This document shows positions 51,214-61,646 of a DNA stretch of 64,000 nt, in pieces. Each line of letters opens with the position of its first letter. The first letter of the stretch is position 1. The translations under genes were made by a program, and so were the position numbers. Location of the stretch: assembly GCA_013239625.1 (NCBI GenBank), contig MU056756.1, forward strand, positions 496,001 to 560,000, given 5' to 3'. This stretch comes from Lama guanicoe. Its lineage: Eukaryota. The notes below the pieces were generated by a model that was not told the origin of the DNA, made no database searches, and worked only from the letters and a program-made list of their open reading frames with translations.

Positions 51214-51279
51214 AGGAAGAGGGCGGGGACCTGGCCCAGTCGGGCATCAGCTTTCCGGGGCCGGCAGAGGAGGACCTAG
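51214..51279 (+). CDS. DLGAP2: DLGAP2 small internal coding exon (66 nt, phase 1-1) encoding (E)EEGGDLAQSGISFPGPAEEDL(D), part of the N-terminal extension of the long isoform
   Basis: Acceptor is tttttctctctttgcag (AG at 51212-51213) and donor is CTAG|gtaggg (GT at 51280). The translation matches the human DLGAP2 N-terminal peptide as I recall it (EEEAGDLVQPGISFPGPAEEDLD). The terminal G joins in frame to AC at 61647, giving GAC (Asp). Confidence 0.93.
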   Translation, partial: RKRAGTWPSRASAFRGRQRRT

Positions 51280-53489
51280 GTAGGGTGCACGCCTCCGCCC
51301 TGCGCATGTCCAGGTTAGACGTAACCGGACGCTCCCGGCTGGAGTGACCACCTGCCTGTCTGTAACGGTGACCCTTCCCACAAAAATGTTTTAAGCATAT
51401 GTTTGACTTCAGAGTGTCCTCACAAGAACTAAAGAAGATGGGGTGAAATAAAAAAACAAACAGTTGTTTATCAACATTATGGGAGCTCTAGGTGGGAGCA
51501 CAATTGTTCCAGGTCATCATGGATTAATTGTTTAGGATGTTATTAACATAATTATCATTCTTAATTATTAAGGCTGATGTTAACATGATGGAGAGGTGTC
51601 TACGAGTGTGAAATGACGCCTCTCCTTTTCTCCTCTGTGACAAAAACTCTAAATCTAAGGAAGGGAGAAGCTTTTTAATTCGCATTTTTTTCACGTCACT
51701 CCATTACTTGACATGACACAGCCGACTTCTCTGGGCAGGCCCAGCTCACAGTGGTTTGGCGGCTGAGGACAATTATGCGCTTTCTTCCAGGGGAGCTCGA
51801 ATTGCTGTCACAGCCGATTTTCCCCAGTGCGAGGTGAAGTCACGTGGAAATTGTATTTTTCTGCTGCCACAGACACCGTGAGGCTGGTGCCATGTTTGGC
51901 CATCATGGTTTGACACAGAGTCTTGCTTACGTGAAACAGGGCAAACGCTTCTGTTAGAAACGGAAAGCGTTGGGTAAATCCAACGTCAGACGGCGAAGTG
52001 ACATCATCAGGAACCTGTAACTGAGAAAATTCACCCTCCGGGGGCTGTGGGCCCTTGGCCAGCCTGAGGGACCTGCTGCTGCCGCCTCAGCTTGCTGCTG
52101 GCCGTGTGACCATAAGTTTGATTTCTATTTCCTTTTGAATTTTTCTTAATTTACAGATCTTCAGCCAGTGAATCTGGGGCTCATCTGATTGGCTTAAAGA
52201 ATAATTCTAAAAGTCACAGGAGTCCATTTGCGAAAAGCAGTGATTTCTTTCAAAGGAAATGAGAACCAAAAAAGTTTGCTTTTCAATTTAAAAATTACGA
52301 AGCCAGGTATCGTCCTGAGAATGACAGTGTATCACCCACTGTGACTGAGTTAGAAACTGATTTCCCACCTGCCAGTCTAAACAAGCCTCTCTCTACTTGG
52401 AAACAGGCAAAGGAAATCATCTTCATGCCTGTTTAGAAGGAGTGAAGCCGCACTTGAAGGAGCATATGCTACTTTTGTTTCACTCTGCGAAGCGCCCAGA
52501 GGAACGGCCGGCTAACGTGGCTTGGTCTCCGCGCACGGCATGCTCGGTCACAGACTCTCAGCGTCACGTTGGGTCTGTGGTGACAGCTGTCTTCTGGGGC
52601 AGCTCCAGGGCAAGGGGGCCTGCTCCCTGCAGCCACGCTTCTCTTGGGGCAAGGGTTTGAGGCTGACTCAGGAGGCTGCTATCCGCCGGGGAGGTGACTT
52701 TCCGGCACCTGGCCCGGCACAGCCCGAGAGCACGGAGGGCCCTGCTTTTAGTTCTCGGGGTGTAAACCTAGAGGAATTGCCGGGTCCCGTGATAATTCTA
52801 TTTTTAATTTTTTTGAGAGGTCACCATACTGTTTGGGGACGGAAGGTACTTAATGGCCGTTTTTACAGTCTGTCCGCAGGGGTGATGGTTGGTGACAAGA
52901 ATGAAACAGTCAGGTTTTAAGGGACTTGGAAGGAAACTGACAGGAAGACATGGTGGCTGCTGGCTGCGAAGGGGCTCTCGAAACATTGGCTGGTTGTCCC
53001 CCTCGTGTGGGCGGTGGGGGAGGGGGACACATGTGGGCCGTCAGGGCTGCAGGACCCAGCGGGGAGCCAGGGGGCCGCCTGGCGGGACTGTGCGCAGAGG
53101 TGGCCCTGCCAGGGGAGGGCGCCCCGGGTCCTGTGACCTGATCAGACTTTGAAACACTGGGGCTCAACCCTGGTTCTCGCTGGCCACTGTCACCCGGGGG
53201 CATTTAAAGTCCTGACCCCCGGTCCCCAGCCCGGACATTCTGTTTGTGTGAAGCAAGACTTGGCCTGACTGCCTGTACAGGTTCCCCACGGGGTCTGACG
53301 TGTAGCAGGTCAAGGATGCTGATGTAAAGTGTGTGAGAGGGTAATTCGTAGACAGTTTTGAGAAAACGAAGGAAGGAGGGAGGGGCAGTGGGAGGGAGGG
53401 GACAAGTTCTGATTTGTGTTCCCAACATTATTACAATAACCAATTTGGAGCAAACGCCATAATCTGAGACATTTTATTTTACAAGCTAG

Positions 53490-53580
53490 GTTTTCCCATT
53501 TCCTCATCTAAATCGAGGGGGCTGAACTGGACGGATTTTCTGAGGCTCTTTCAGGTCTCCGGTTTATGGCTCTCTGGCTC
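53490..53580 (+). mobile_element. MIR3/MIRc-like fragment
   Basis: tttcctcatctaaatcgaggggggctgaactggacggattttctgaggctctttcagg resembles the MIR3 3' end. Confidence 0.5.
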
Positions 53581-54660
53581 TGCTGTGCCGCATTGAAATT
53601 AAAGCCACTGCACGCTGTTGCAGTGAAATGAGCATTATCATTTCCAGAAAACGTAGGGACATTTTACAGCATAAAACAAGGAACATTTGCCCCCTGGTCC
53701 CATTCAAAATACCAATCTTTTTTTTTTTTCAACTGGCCTCAGCCTCTAAAAACTCCAAGGAAAGGTAAGTGACATTTACTGAAAACCCTGAATCTTCCTT
53801 AGTGATGGACCAAGTAGTAACATGGTCTTTTCGAAATAAGCACGTCACAGCCCACGACCGCTCCCGGCTAGGGCTCATGCACCTCTGACGCCCCCCGGTG
53901 TCAGGTACGGAGAGCGATTTTCTGATGAGGAAAGTGGCTGTGGAACAGGGGAAGGTGAAGGTTTCTATAAAATTAATCTAAGTTCTGACAAAAGTGGGTT
54001 CACGCAGCACATTGAAGACGAGCACAGCGGAAGAGGAAACCTACCTTCTCCAGAAGACGCGTTTTGAGGGACGACCTGCAGACACATTGAAGTGGGATTG
54101 CCCTGCCGGGGACTTCTGTGGTGTTGGCTCGCTCTGAGAGACGTGGCTTCTGACGGCGGCTTCTCTGCTCCCCCACCGACATCACGGTTAAGTCAGCCAT
54201 AAGGACTTTGCGATTTATAAGCCTTTATGAGGACTTCTGCATTGAACCAAACTGCAATGGCAAGTCAGCTGCAAACTGACATGAAAAAAAGGCAGATTAA
54301 ATGATCCATCAAAGAATATTAGGCAGAAAGCATTGGAGACACAACACTGAGAAAACGGACACACTGTGCAGCTTTACAAACACCTGAATGTAGGATGATA
54401 ACCCCCTGACGCTTAGAGCTCCTTGGGACGGGCACGTGTGTTGTGAGACATCTTTCTGTGAAGGGCACTCCGCGGCTTTGGGTAAAGGTCCGCACACCGC
54501 TCAGCTGCATGAGTGTCTCACGGTAATGGCGACACGTCACTGACTTTGAAAGAACTCCCCTTCTGGGCGTTTGTTTTTGTGTCCTTTTATAAACACCCCA
54601 GGCACACGTGGGGAGGTGTAGCTCTGCAACTTGATGGGTGTCCACGCTCATTTCCTTCAG

Positions 54661-54685
54661 AGAAACTTCTAGAAGTTTCTAGAAT
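54661..54685. promoter_or_regulatory. Perfect five-unit heat-shock element (inverted nGAAn array)
   Basis: aGAAa cTTCt aGAAg tTTCt aGAAt. The first 20 bp form a perfect palindrome. The motif is exact but function is untested. Confidence 0.55.
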
Positions 54686-57600
54686 TAGTGAGCACAGTGC
54701 TGTGTCACGTTTCTGTCTGCACAGTCACCATGTATCCGTTCACTGCCCCCGTCCTTCCTTCCTCAGGGCCCTCTCCTTGCCCTCCTCCACCTCTGAGGCC
54801 CCTCAGGACCCTCAGTTCCCGCCTCCCCACCTGCTCAGAGGATTCTGGACACCAGCCAGTGTCACACGCGGGAAAGGGGGCCGTCTGGCTGTAGGGAAGG
54901 TTTGGATGCTGGCTAGTCCAGGGGACATGCCAGAAGATGGGTTTTATTTGACAGTTTCTCCACAAACCAAGCAACAACTTGGCCCTGAGGCTATTAATAA
55001 TTAAACAACATAGCGCTCGGGCGAGTCAGGCAGTTCCTTGCTGAAAATTCTGCAGACTGGTGCTCACTGCAGCTGTCTGTGCTCGCCGCCAGGTCCGTGA
55101 AGCAGAACCAGCAAACTCTGGAATCTCTCGGTTATTAATCTGAAGGCCAAGTAGACCAACTGTGTGTGTGTGACTAGAGGAGCATCGCCGTCCAGGCTTC
55201 TAATCTGGCTTCCCAGCGGCCCTGATGCCCGCCTGGGGTGTGAACCTGCAGCCGTGCGGTTCTGACCTCCCGGGGGCAGAGCGGCAGGGACCACGTGGCC
55301 CAGCTATGAGGAGGCATTGCTAAGACGGGTCCCTGCATCTCCAGCCTAATTGCTGCAGGAAAGAGAGAGGAATAAAGGTGTGGTGGCCTCACAGGGACAC
55401 CTGCCGCCACCGCCTCCGGCAGTCTGCGTACGCATGGGATGCGCCAGCCTCCAGGAGATGGACGCGGGCCGGAAGCTGACAAGATGGTCCCCTCTCCCCT
55501 CCCCGTCTTCCTTCTCTTCACAGTTTCCCTGCTGTTCTGCTGGATTCTCTGTTTTCATCTCCATCAAAATCCACCCAAAATATACTTCTTAACTCACAAA
55601 AATCTCCGTAGTACGTTCAAACTGCTTTATGTCCGCCGTACTCTCCAGGCCCCCGTCTGCCCCTCCCCAGGTTCGGCTGTGCCTCCTAAAGGCTGTGCCC
55701 TCTTTCCCCCCGAACGTCCTCCCTCCGCAGACACGACCTTCCTCGGAAACCCGACCAGAATTGAACCCAGAGAAAACAAGACGTCTGTGAAGTTCTTGTA
55801 GAACCCTCGGCCGATCCCCTAGCGCTCAGCGCACCGGCTCGGGGAACACTTGTAAGAAGAGGAACAGTGCCCTTCCAGGCGGCCTCGCGGGGCGGGTGCC
55901 GCGGACCGTGGAGGTGACCCCCCGGGGTGCGGGCTCCACCTCCTCCTCTACTGAGATGCGGCAGGTGCTGGGGCCCCTCGTCCCGGAACTGGGTTTGACC
56001 CTCCTAGTGCAAAGCCCTGTGGGACTGCTTTGAGGGTCAAACCGCGCCCGAGTAGAAGGCATTTCCTGCACTCGTGGGCGCCACTCCCACCACAACTAAC
56101 GCCACAGGCCGGGGCTAGAACCAGAGAGCTCACCGTCTCCCGCTCTGGAGGCTGGGAGTGCAAGGTCAGGTGCTGGGGCCCCACTGGCTGTGTCCTCACC
56201 GGGAGAGAGAGAGCCTGGTGTCCCTTCCTCTTCCTGTGGGGCACCAGTCCTGGGGGGTCAGGGCCCCACCCAGGACCTCACTGAACCTTCAGCTCCTCCT
56301 CACAGGCCCCATGTCCAAACTCAGTCACGCTGGGGTCAGGGCTGCGACCGTGAACGGGGCAACACGGGGCCCAGCCCTGCCTGTCGCTGACCCCTCGGCT
56401 GGGGCGCAGAGGAGGCTTGAGGGTCGCCTGCTGAAGCCACTTGCTGTTCTCTGAGTCCCCAGCCCTGGCCACCACCCCAGTCCCCGGTCACCCTCGGAGC
56501 CACAGAGCCCTGCAGCCTCGAGGCTCTTCTGGCCGCCTCCCTCCAGGAGTGAGGCCACGTCCTCGCAGCTGCCTGAGCTGCAGTCACGCAGCTGCCCACC
56601 TCTCCTCGCATCCCCTGCCGGCCGCCCCTCCCCGAGCCCCGATGAGGCCCCCACCAGCCTGAGAGCTCTGCCTGAGCCCCCAGGCCCTGGCAGGAGGGGA
56701 GAGGCCCCCCACGCCGGCCAGCCCCTCCCTGGCTCGTGGTTCTGGACGGTCTCACCCGCCAGCTGTCGCCGCCTGCGTCCTGCAGGTCCTGGGAGTGCTG
56801 TGCGGACGGACGGCCGAACCACGCAGTAAAGGCGGGAAGGCAGGAGAGGAGGAGGAAGACGGAGGCTCACGTCGGGGGCGCCCTGCCCGGGCCATCCCAG
56901 TGCCCGCCCCGCCTGGCGTCTGTGACCCCGTGAGGGAGAGAAAGACACCTGACCCCGACCCAGACGGACCTCCTCCTGGCCGGCCGAGGCCAGGGAGCAG
57001 CTGACGGCGTCGCCCCACGGGCAGTGCGTCCAGGCTCCGGGGAGGGTCCCGGGCCCCGGCTGCCCCCGCCACCCTCTCAATTGGGAACTGCGGGCACGTC
57101 AGCACCCCGGGGAAGACACGGCTGTGAAAATGGGTGGAAACCACACAGACTTTGAGGATTTTGTCCATTGAGGGCTGTGATTTTATAACAGCAAGAAAAA
57201 AATTTAAGAGAAAGCAGAGAGGAGAGGCTGAAAATCACAGCAGCAGCAGACGCGTTTCAGCTGGGCCCCCAGCGCTTCAGGGCTTGGAGATCGGCCAGGG
57301 CTCTGTGCAGGACCCCTCGGCAGGGCTCCCGGCGTGTGAAGGTGTGACTCCGCCCCTCGCGCAGCCCCAGCCTCGGAAGTCGGCAGAGGCGCTCGGCGTT
57401 GGCTGGGAGCCCCGCGGTGTCTGCAGGCCGGCCCGCCCCCAGCGGAGCCCCAGGGCGCAAGCCCTCCTTGTTAGTGACCTGCTTGCATCTTTACTCGGTG
57501 ACCAACCTGACGGACACGGGGCGGCCGTTCAGGGGAACCCACATGACTCAAAGAGAGAAGGATGCTAGTTGGAGGTGCAAACGCAGACTCGATGTTTACA

Positions 57601-58329
57601 GGTGGGTGAGCTGCGGCCCCAGGGACCGAGTCCCACCTCGTCTGGGGTGTCGCCCTGAAGTTGCCGTTGAAATGCTTCCCGAGTGGTTCTGGTGCCTGGG
57701 TTTGAAGACCTTTGCACTTTGGGGAAATGAAGGCAAAACTGCGAATGAGCAAGGACAGTCGGGGTGCTGGCGAGCCGTCGCGGAGCCCGCTCCTGGACAA
57801 CGTGGGTGATGGAGCCCTGGCCCCAGGCAGGCCGGAGTCCAGACCCTGCGCCCAGGGCGGCTGTGCCCGCTGGCGCTTCCCCCAGCAGGAATCTGGCCGC
57901 TGGTGAAACGGCCGTCACCGGTCCCTGTGTAACTGGAGCTCATGTTATCAAATCGCTTAAAGAGAATTTAGTCGCTAACTCATACCTCAGCGCGTTTGGT
58001 AAGCGTCTGAAGCATGAATGACAAGAACGTGTAAATCACAGTGATGGAATACAAACGCAGATGCAAAACCACGACCCGAGCAGCTTCAGCAAGAAGGAAG
58101 GACTAGGCTCCCGGTGGCGCCCACGCTGGCTCTGGGCTGTGGCGTCAGCTTCGGTCACACACGTCCTGCTGTCGAGAAGGAGGACGTGGAGAGGCAGGCA
58201 AACTTTACTGCACGACTTTTCACTGAGCTCTGAACACGAGGAGGAGTTTTGAAAGTGAGCTTTGTATGTGTTCAGTTTCCTGGTTGTCTCTGTCTTCTTC
58301 CACCACACGTGTTTGTCCTTCTCGCAAGA

Positions 58330-58490
58330 GCTTTACAGGAACATAACTCAAGTACCACACGGCTCGACGTTAAGGTGCACGATTCGGCGGTTTTCGTATT
58401 TACAGATGTTTCATTGCTCGTGAGCAGAAACACAACTGATTTTTGTGCCTTGATCTTGTTACCTGCAACTGAGCTGCAGCTCAGCGCCGT
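58330..58490 (-). mobile_element. Old LINE-1 (L1M) fragments
   Basis: cataactcaagtaccacacggctcgacgttaaggtgcacgattcggcggttttcgtatttacag (L1M 3' end) is followed by tgtttcattgctcgtgagcagaaacacaactgatttttgtgccttgatcttgttacctgcaac (antisense ORF2 block). Confidence 0.6.
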
Positions 58491-58799
58491 GCACAGGGCC
58501 TTCTCGGCGGCGTCTGAACCAGGCTCGGGTTGCGCTGGAGCCAAGTCTCGGAGGACAAATCCTGGAAACGCGTTCCAGCTTGGGGAGCAGAACGTGAGCA
58601 GAACCTGCGGGTAACTTTTAGGAGTAGCAGTAGTTCGATGTGATCCAAACACGGGACCCTTCATGGACGGTTGAGAGGTGAACGGGACGGGGCCCCAGCA
58701 GCTCATCGGGCACCACGCGGCCGGAGCACCTACTCCTTGCCTGGCCCTGGGCTGAAGCCGGCCGGGAGCCACACGAGCCTGCCCAGGGGTGGCTTGGGC

Positions 58800-59100
58800 C
58801 ACAGGAGGAGGAGATGGATGACGTGGTGGAGCAGGGGATGGTGGTTGTAGGGCCTGGGGAGCGTGGCATACAGAGATGTTTCCACGGATGAGGGAGAATG
58901 TGGACAAAGCAGTCAGGAGGCAACTGCTGTGATCCTGGTGACCAGGACTCAGGGTCTGGTTCAGGGTGGGGCCTCGGGGTGCAGGAGGTGGGCCGGGAGT
59001 GACAGGTGAGCTGAGGACCAGGACCGGGCAGGGAGGAGAGAGAGTGAGGAGACAGAAGAAGAGAGCTGGCAGGTCCTCTGTGGCCCGGTGACACCAAGAG
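58800..59100 (-). mobile_element. L2 LINE relic
   Basis: Purine-rich tract with cagtcaggaggcaactgctgtgatcctggtga...ggtctggttcagggtgg, resembling antisense L2. Confidence 0.4.
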
Positions 59101-59419
59101 AGGACCACGCCAGCCAGCCTGTGTCACGGGGACCAGAGGCAGACCCTGCAGTTCAGAGCACGCTTGCCCGACAGTCAGCCAACAGCAGGAGGAGCCCGCC
59201 TTGTCCTTGTGCAGGAGGAGATGTGGGGTGGAGAGCGGGGGCGGCCCTGCCGGCAGCCAGCAGGCCCCCACTGTCCCAGGGACCCGAGCACCCCAGGGCG
59301 ACGACGCAGGCCGGGCCACCAGACCCCGCCCAGAACCCACGAGCGGCGCAGCCCGCAGCCCACAGGCTGCCTTCCCACTCGCTCTCCTGTTGGAGTCCGC
59401 TTCCTGAGTCTGTGTTCCC

Positions 59420-60545
59420 TGCGTGTGTTACAGTACACGCAGGTTACATATGAATGTGCGTTGTGTGTGCACGCTGTGCACTGTAGCAGTCTCGTTTCCT
59501 GTGCGTAGTGTGTATGTGCTGTATACCACCCGTGCGTGTTGTGTGGACACGTGTGCACTTTGTGTGTAAACTATAGTGCACATTATGTACCACGTGTGCG
59601 TATTATGTGTGAATATGTGCGTTACACGCACGTGTGCATGTTGTGTAATAGAGCCTATTCCTGCGCATATTACATTCACGTTATGCGCTATGTAGGTGTG
59701 CTGTCTGTGGAGTGTGTGTTATATATAAGCCACAGGTGCATATTATACGAGTGCATTTCCCGCATGTATCACAACATATGCGTATTGTATGTTGTCTATC
59801 CATATCACCTGTGTGATGTGTATTTTATATACCTGCTGTACGTGCATATCACACACTGATAGACTCTGTTTACTGATAACCGTACATGCATGTTATGTGC
59901 CGTAAGTGCACGTTATGTGTGAACACGTGCGTTGTGTTCACAGGCCACATGCGCACACTATGCACCGTAGTAGGCTGTTTTCTACGTATAGTACATGCAT
60001 GTCATATACTATCCATGCGTACTACATGTGGACATGTATGTTTTATGTATAAACTATATGTGCATGTTATGTGTGAATGTGTGCGTTGTATACACAGGCC
60101 ATGTGTGCACACTGCACACCATAATAGACGCTATTTCCTGTGTGTATTACATGCAAGTCACACTGCATGCACATGCACGTTACATATGGGCGTACGTGCT
60201 TTATAAACCACGTACATGCATATTGTACACTGTGAGCCTGTATTTCCTGCATGCGTCATAATACATGTATGTTATGTGTGTTGTGCATTACGCGTGCAGT
60301 GTACGTAGACGTTATACACGCATGTTGCATGCTCCAATAGGATCTGTTTCCTGTACATGTGACACTACATGCCATACATGCGTGTTGTGCTACACGTGTA
60401 TGCGGTCATCTGTAACAGTCTCATTTCCTGTGTGTATTATGTGGACACCATGCACTGTGCATGCGCGTTACGTATGGACACGTGCGCCGTGTGTACGTAC
60501 CACAGGTGCGTGTCCTGTGCCAGGATGCAGCCTGTATTTTCTGCG
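59420..60545. repeat. Degenerate tandem/low-complexity repeat rich in TG/CA/TA dinucleotides, about 10 units of roughly 80-160 bp
   Basis: A recurrent anchor resembling ctrtttcctg occurs near 59492, 59654, 59754, 59865, 59974, 60131, 60239, 60343, 60421 and 60533. The anchors are separated by tacatgcatgttatgtg/cacgt-like alternating purine-pyrimidine runs. Confidence 0.85.
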
Positions 60546-61646
60546 TCTGATCAGTGACCAGTTGGAAGCAGCAGAAACAGACGCACAAGCAGAAGCCCTG
60601 GGACAACAGAAAGCAGAGTGACGGAAGGAGCGTCTCCAGCTGGTCCTGGAGTCCAGTAAGGCCTGAACTTCACCAGCGCTGGCCCGGGAGAAGTTAGGGT
60701 GGCAGCGACCACAGTCACAGTCAAGCAGCTCAATGAGTGACACGGAGCGTGCCCTCCTCCTGGAACCTGCTCGCAGCTCTGCCTGCACACAGTCAAGGGG
60801 ACGGGAGCCCCCAGGCCACACGCTAGTGGTGGCAGCACTGGGACCCTAACCCTAACTAGTCAACGTCCGGAGGCCACCGTTCAGCCACTGGACTCGACCA
60901 CCTTCCTACCAGGAAGCACAGCAGGGGTCCGCATCCAGCAGCAGCGAAGCCAGCACCCTCCCCGGGCTGGCACCTGCAATCTGAGGGTCTGTGTGTGATG
61001 CTGCAGCTTACAAAATCAAACTTTTTTATCCTGTTTCTTCTGAGTAGAACCTTACAGATGGAAATCAAAACTCTGAAATAGGATGTCAGGACAGCCTGGT
61101 TTAGTCCTCGTGTTGACACAGACAGTGGCCTTGAGAAGCAGTGGCCACCTCCGCTCCTGACCTGCTTGGGGAGAATGTGGCATTGGCAGTTCGTGGCTAA
61201 CAGCTCAGCTTGACACGCAGCAGCCTGCCAGGCAGTGTTACTGATTAAACAGCAGGTGGTGATTTTTAGCTTCTTAAACTGAACCACAATACTCAATTCT
61301 AGTTGAAACGTAACTCGTTTTTTCCCGCAGATTGTTCGTCGTTTAATACTTCAAAATCTTGCTGTCAGGGTACCTGATGAATCTGCTGGACATTAAATAC
61401 TTGTGTTTGCTAGACCCACACGTGGGAGCATCAGAGTCTTTAACATTCTCATACTTCGGAGCAATCAATGTGGTGCTCTTTAAAAAACGATTGTTCACAA
61501 ATGAATGCTCAGACCAGGAGTGGCCACAGATGAAAACGGCCCACGTGTGGAGGGGTGGGGTGTCAGGTGGCTCACCTCTCCACACGGGAGGCCTCCCGCC
61601 CGCGTTCGCACAAGTCTCACGTGGCGTTTCTGTGCTTTCTCCGCAG

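Larger units (their letters stand above)
51280..61646 (+). other. DLGAP2: DLGAP2 GT-AG intron (10,367 nt) between the two coding exons
   Basis: Begins gtaggg and ends ccgcag, with a branch-point-like CTCAC at 61616-61620. Splicing restores a continuous DLGAP2 reading frame. Confidence 0.9.

Noticed and set aside
59428-60621. Cys/His/Tyr/Val-rich ORFs that resemble metal-binding peptides
   Set aside because: These are translations of the TG/CA/TA-rich satellite.
185-61300. Hundreds of 60-280 aa ORFs on both strands (e.g. 9973..10698, 24004..24822, 45762..46502, 56325..57080, 58272..59108)
   Set aside because: They have low-complexity P/G/R/A/S composition, overlap in all frames, often start at non-ATG codons and have no domains. 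This is expected for GC-rich intron DNA.
61505-61646. 5' part of the 466-aa ORF (MLRPGVATDE...)
   Set aside because: Intronic read-through upstream of the splice acceptor at 61646. DLGAP2 similarity starts only at DQQCSW.
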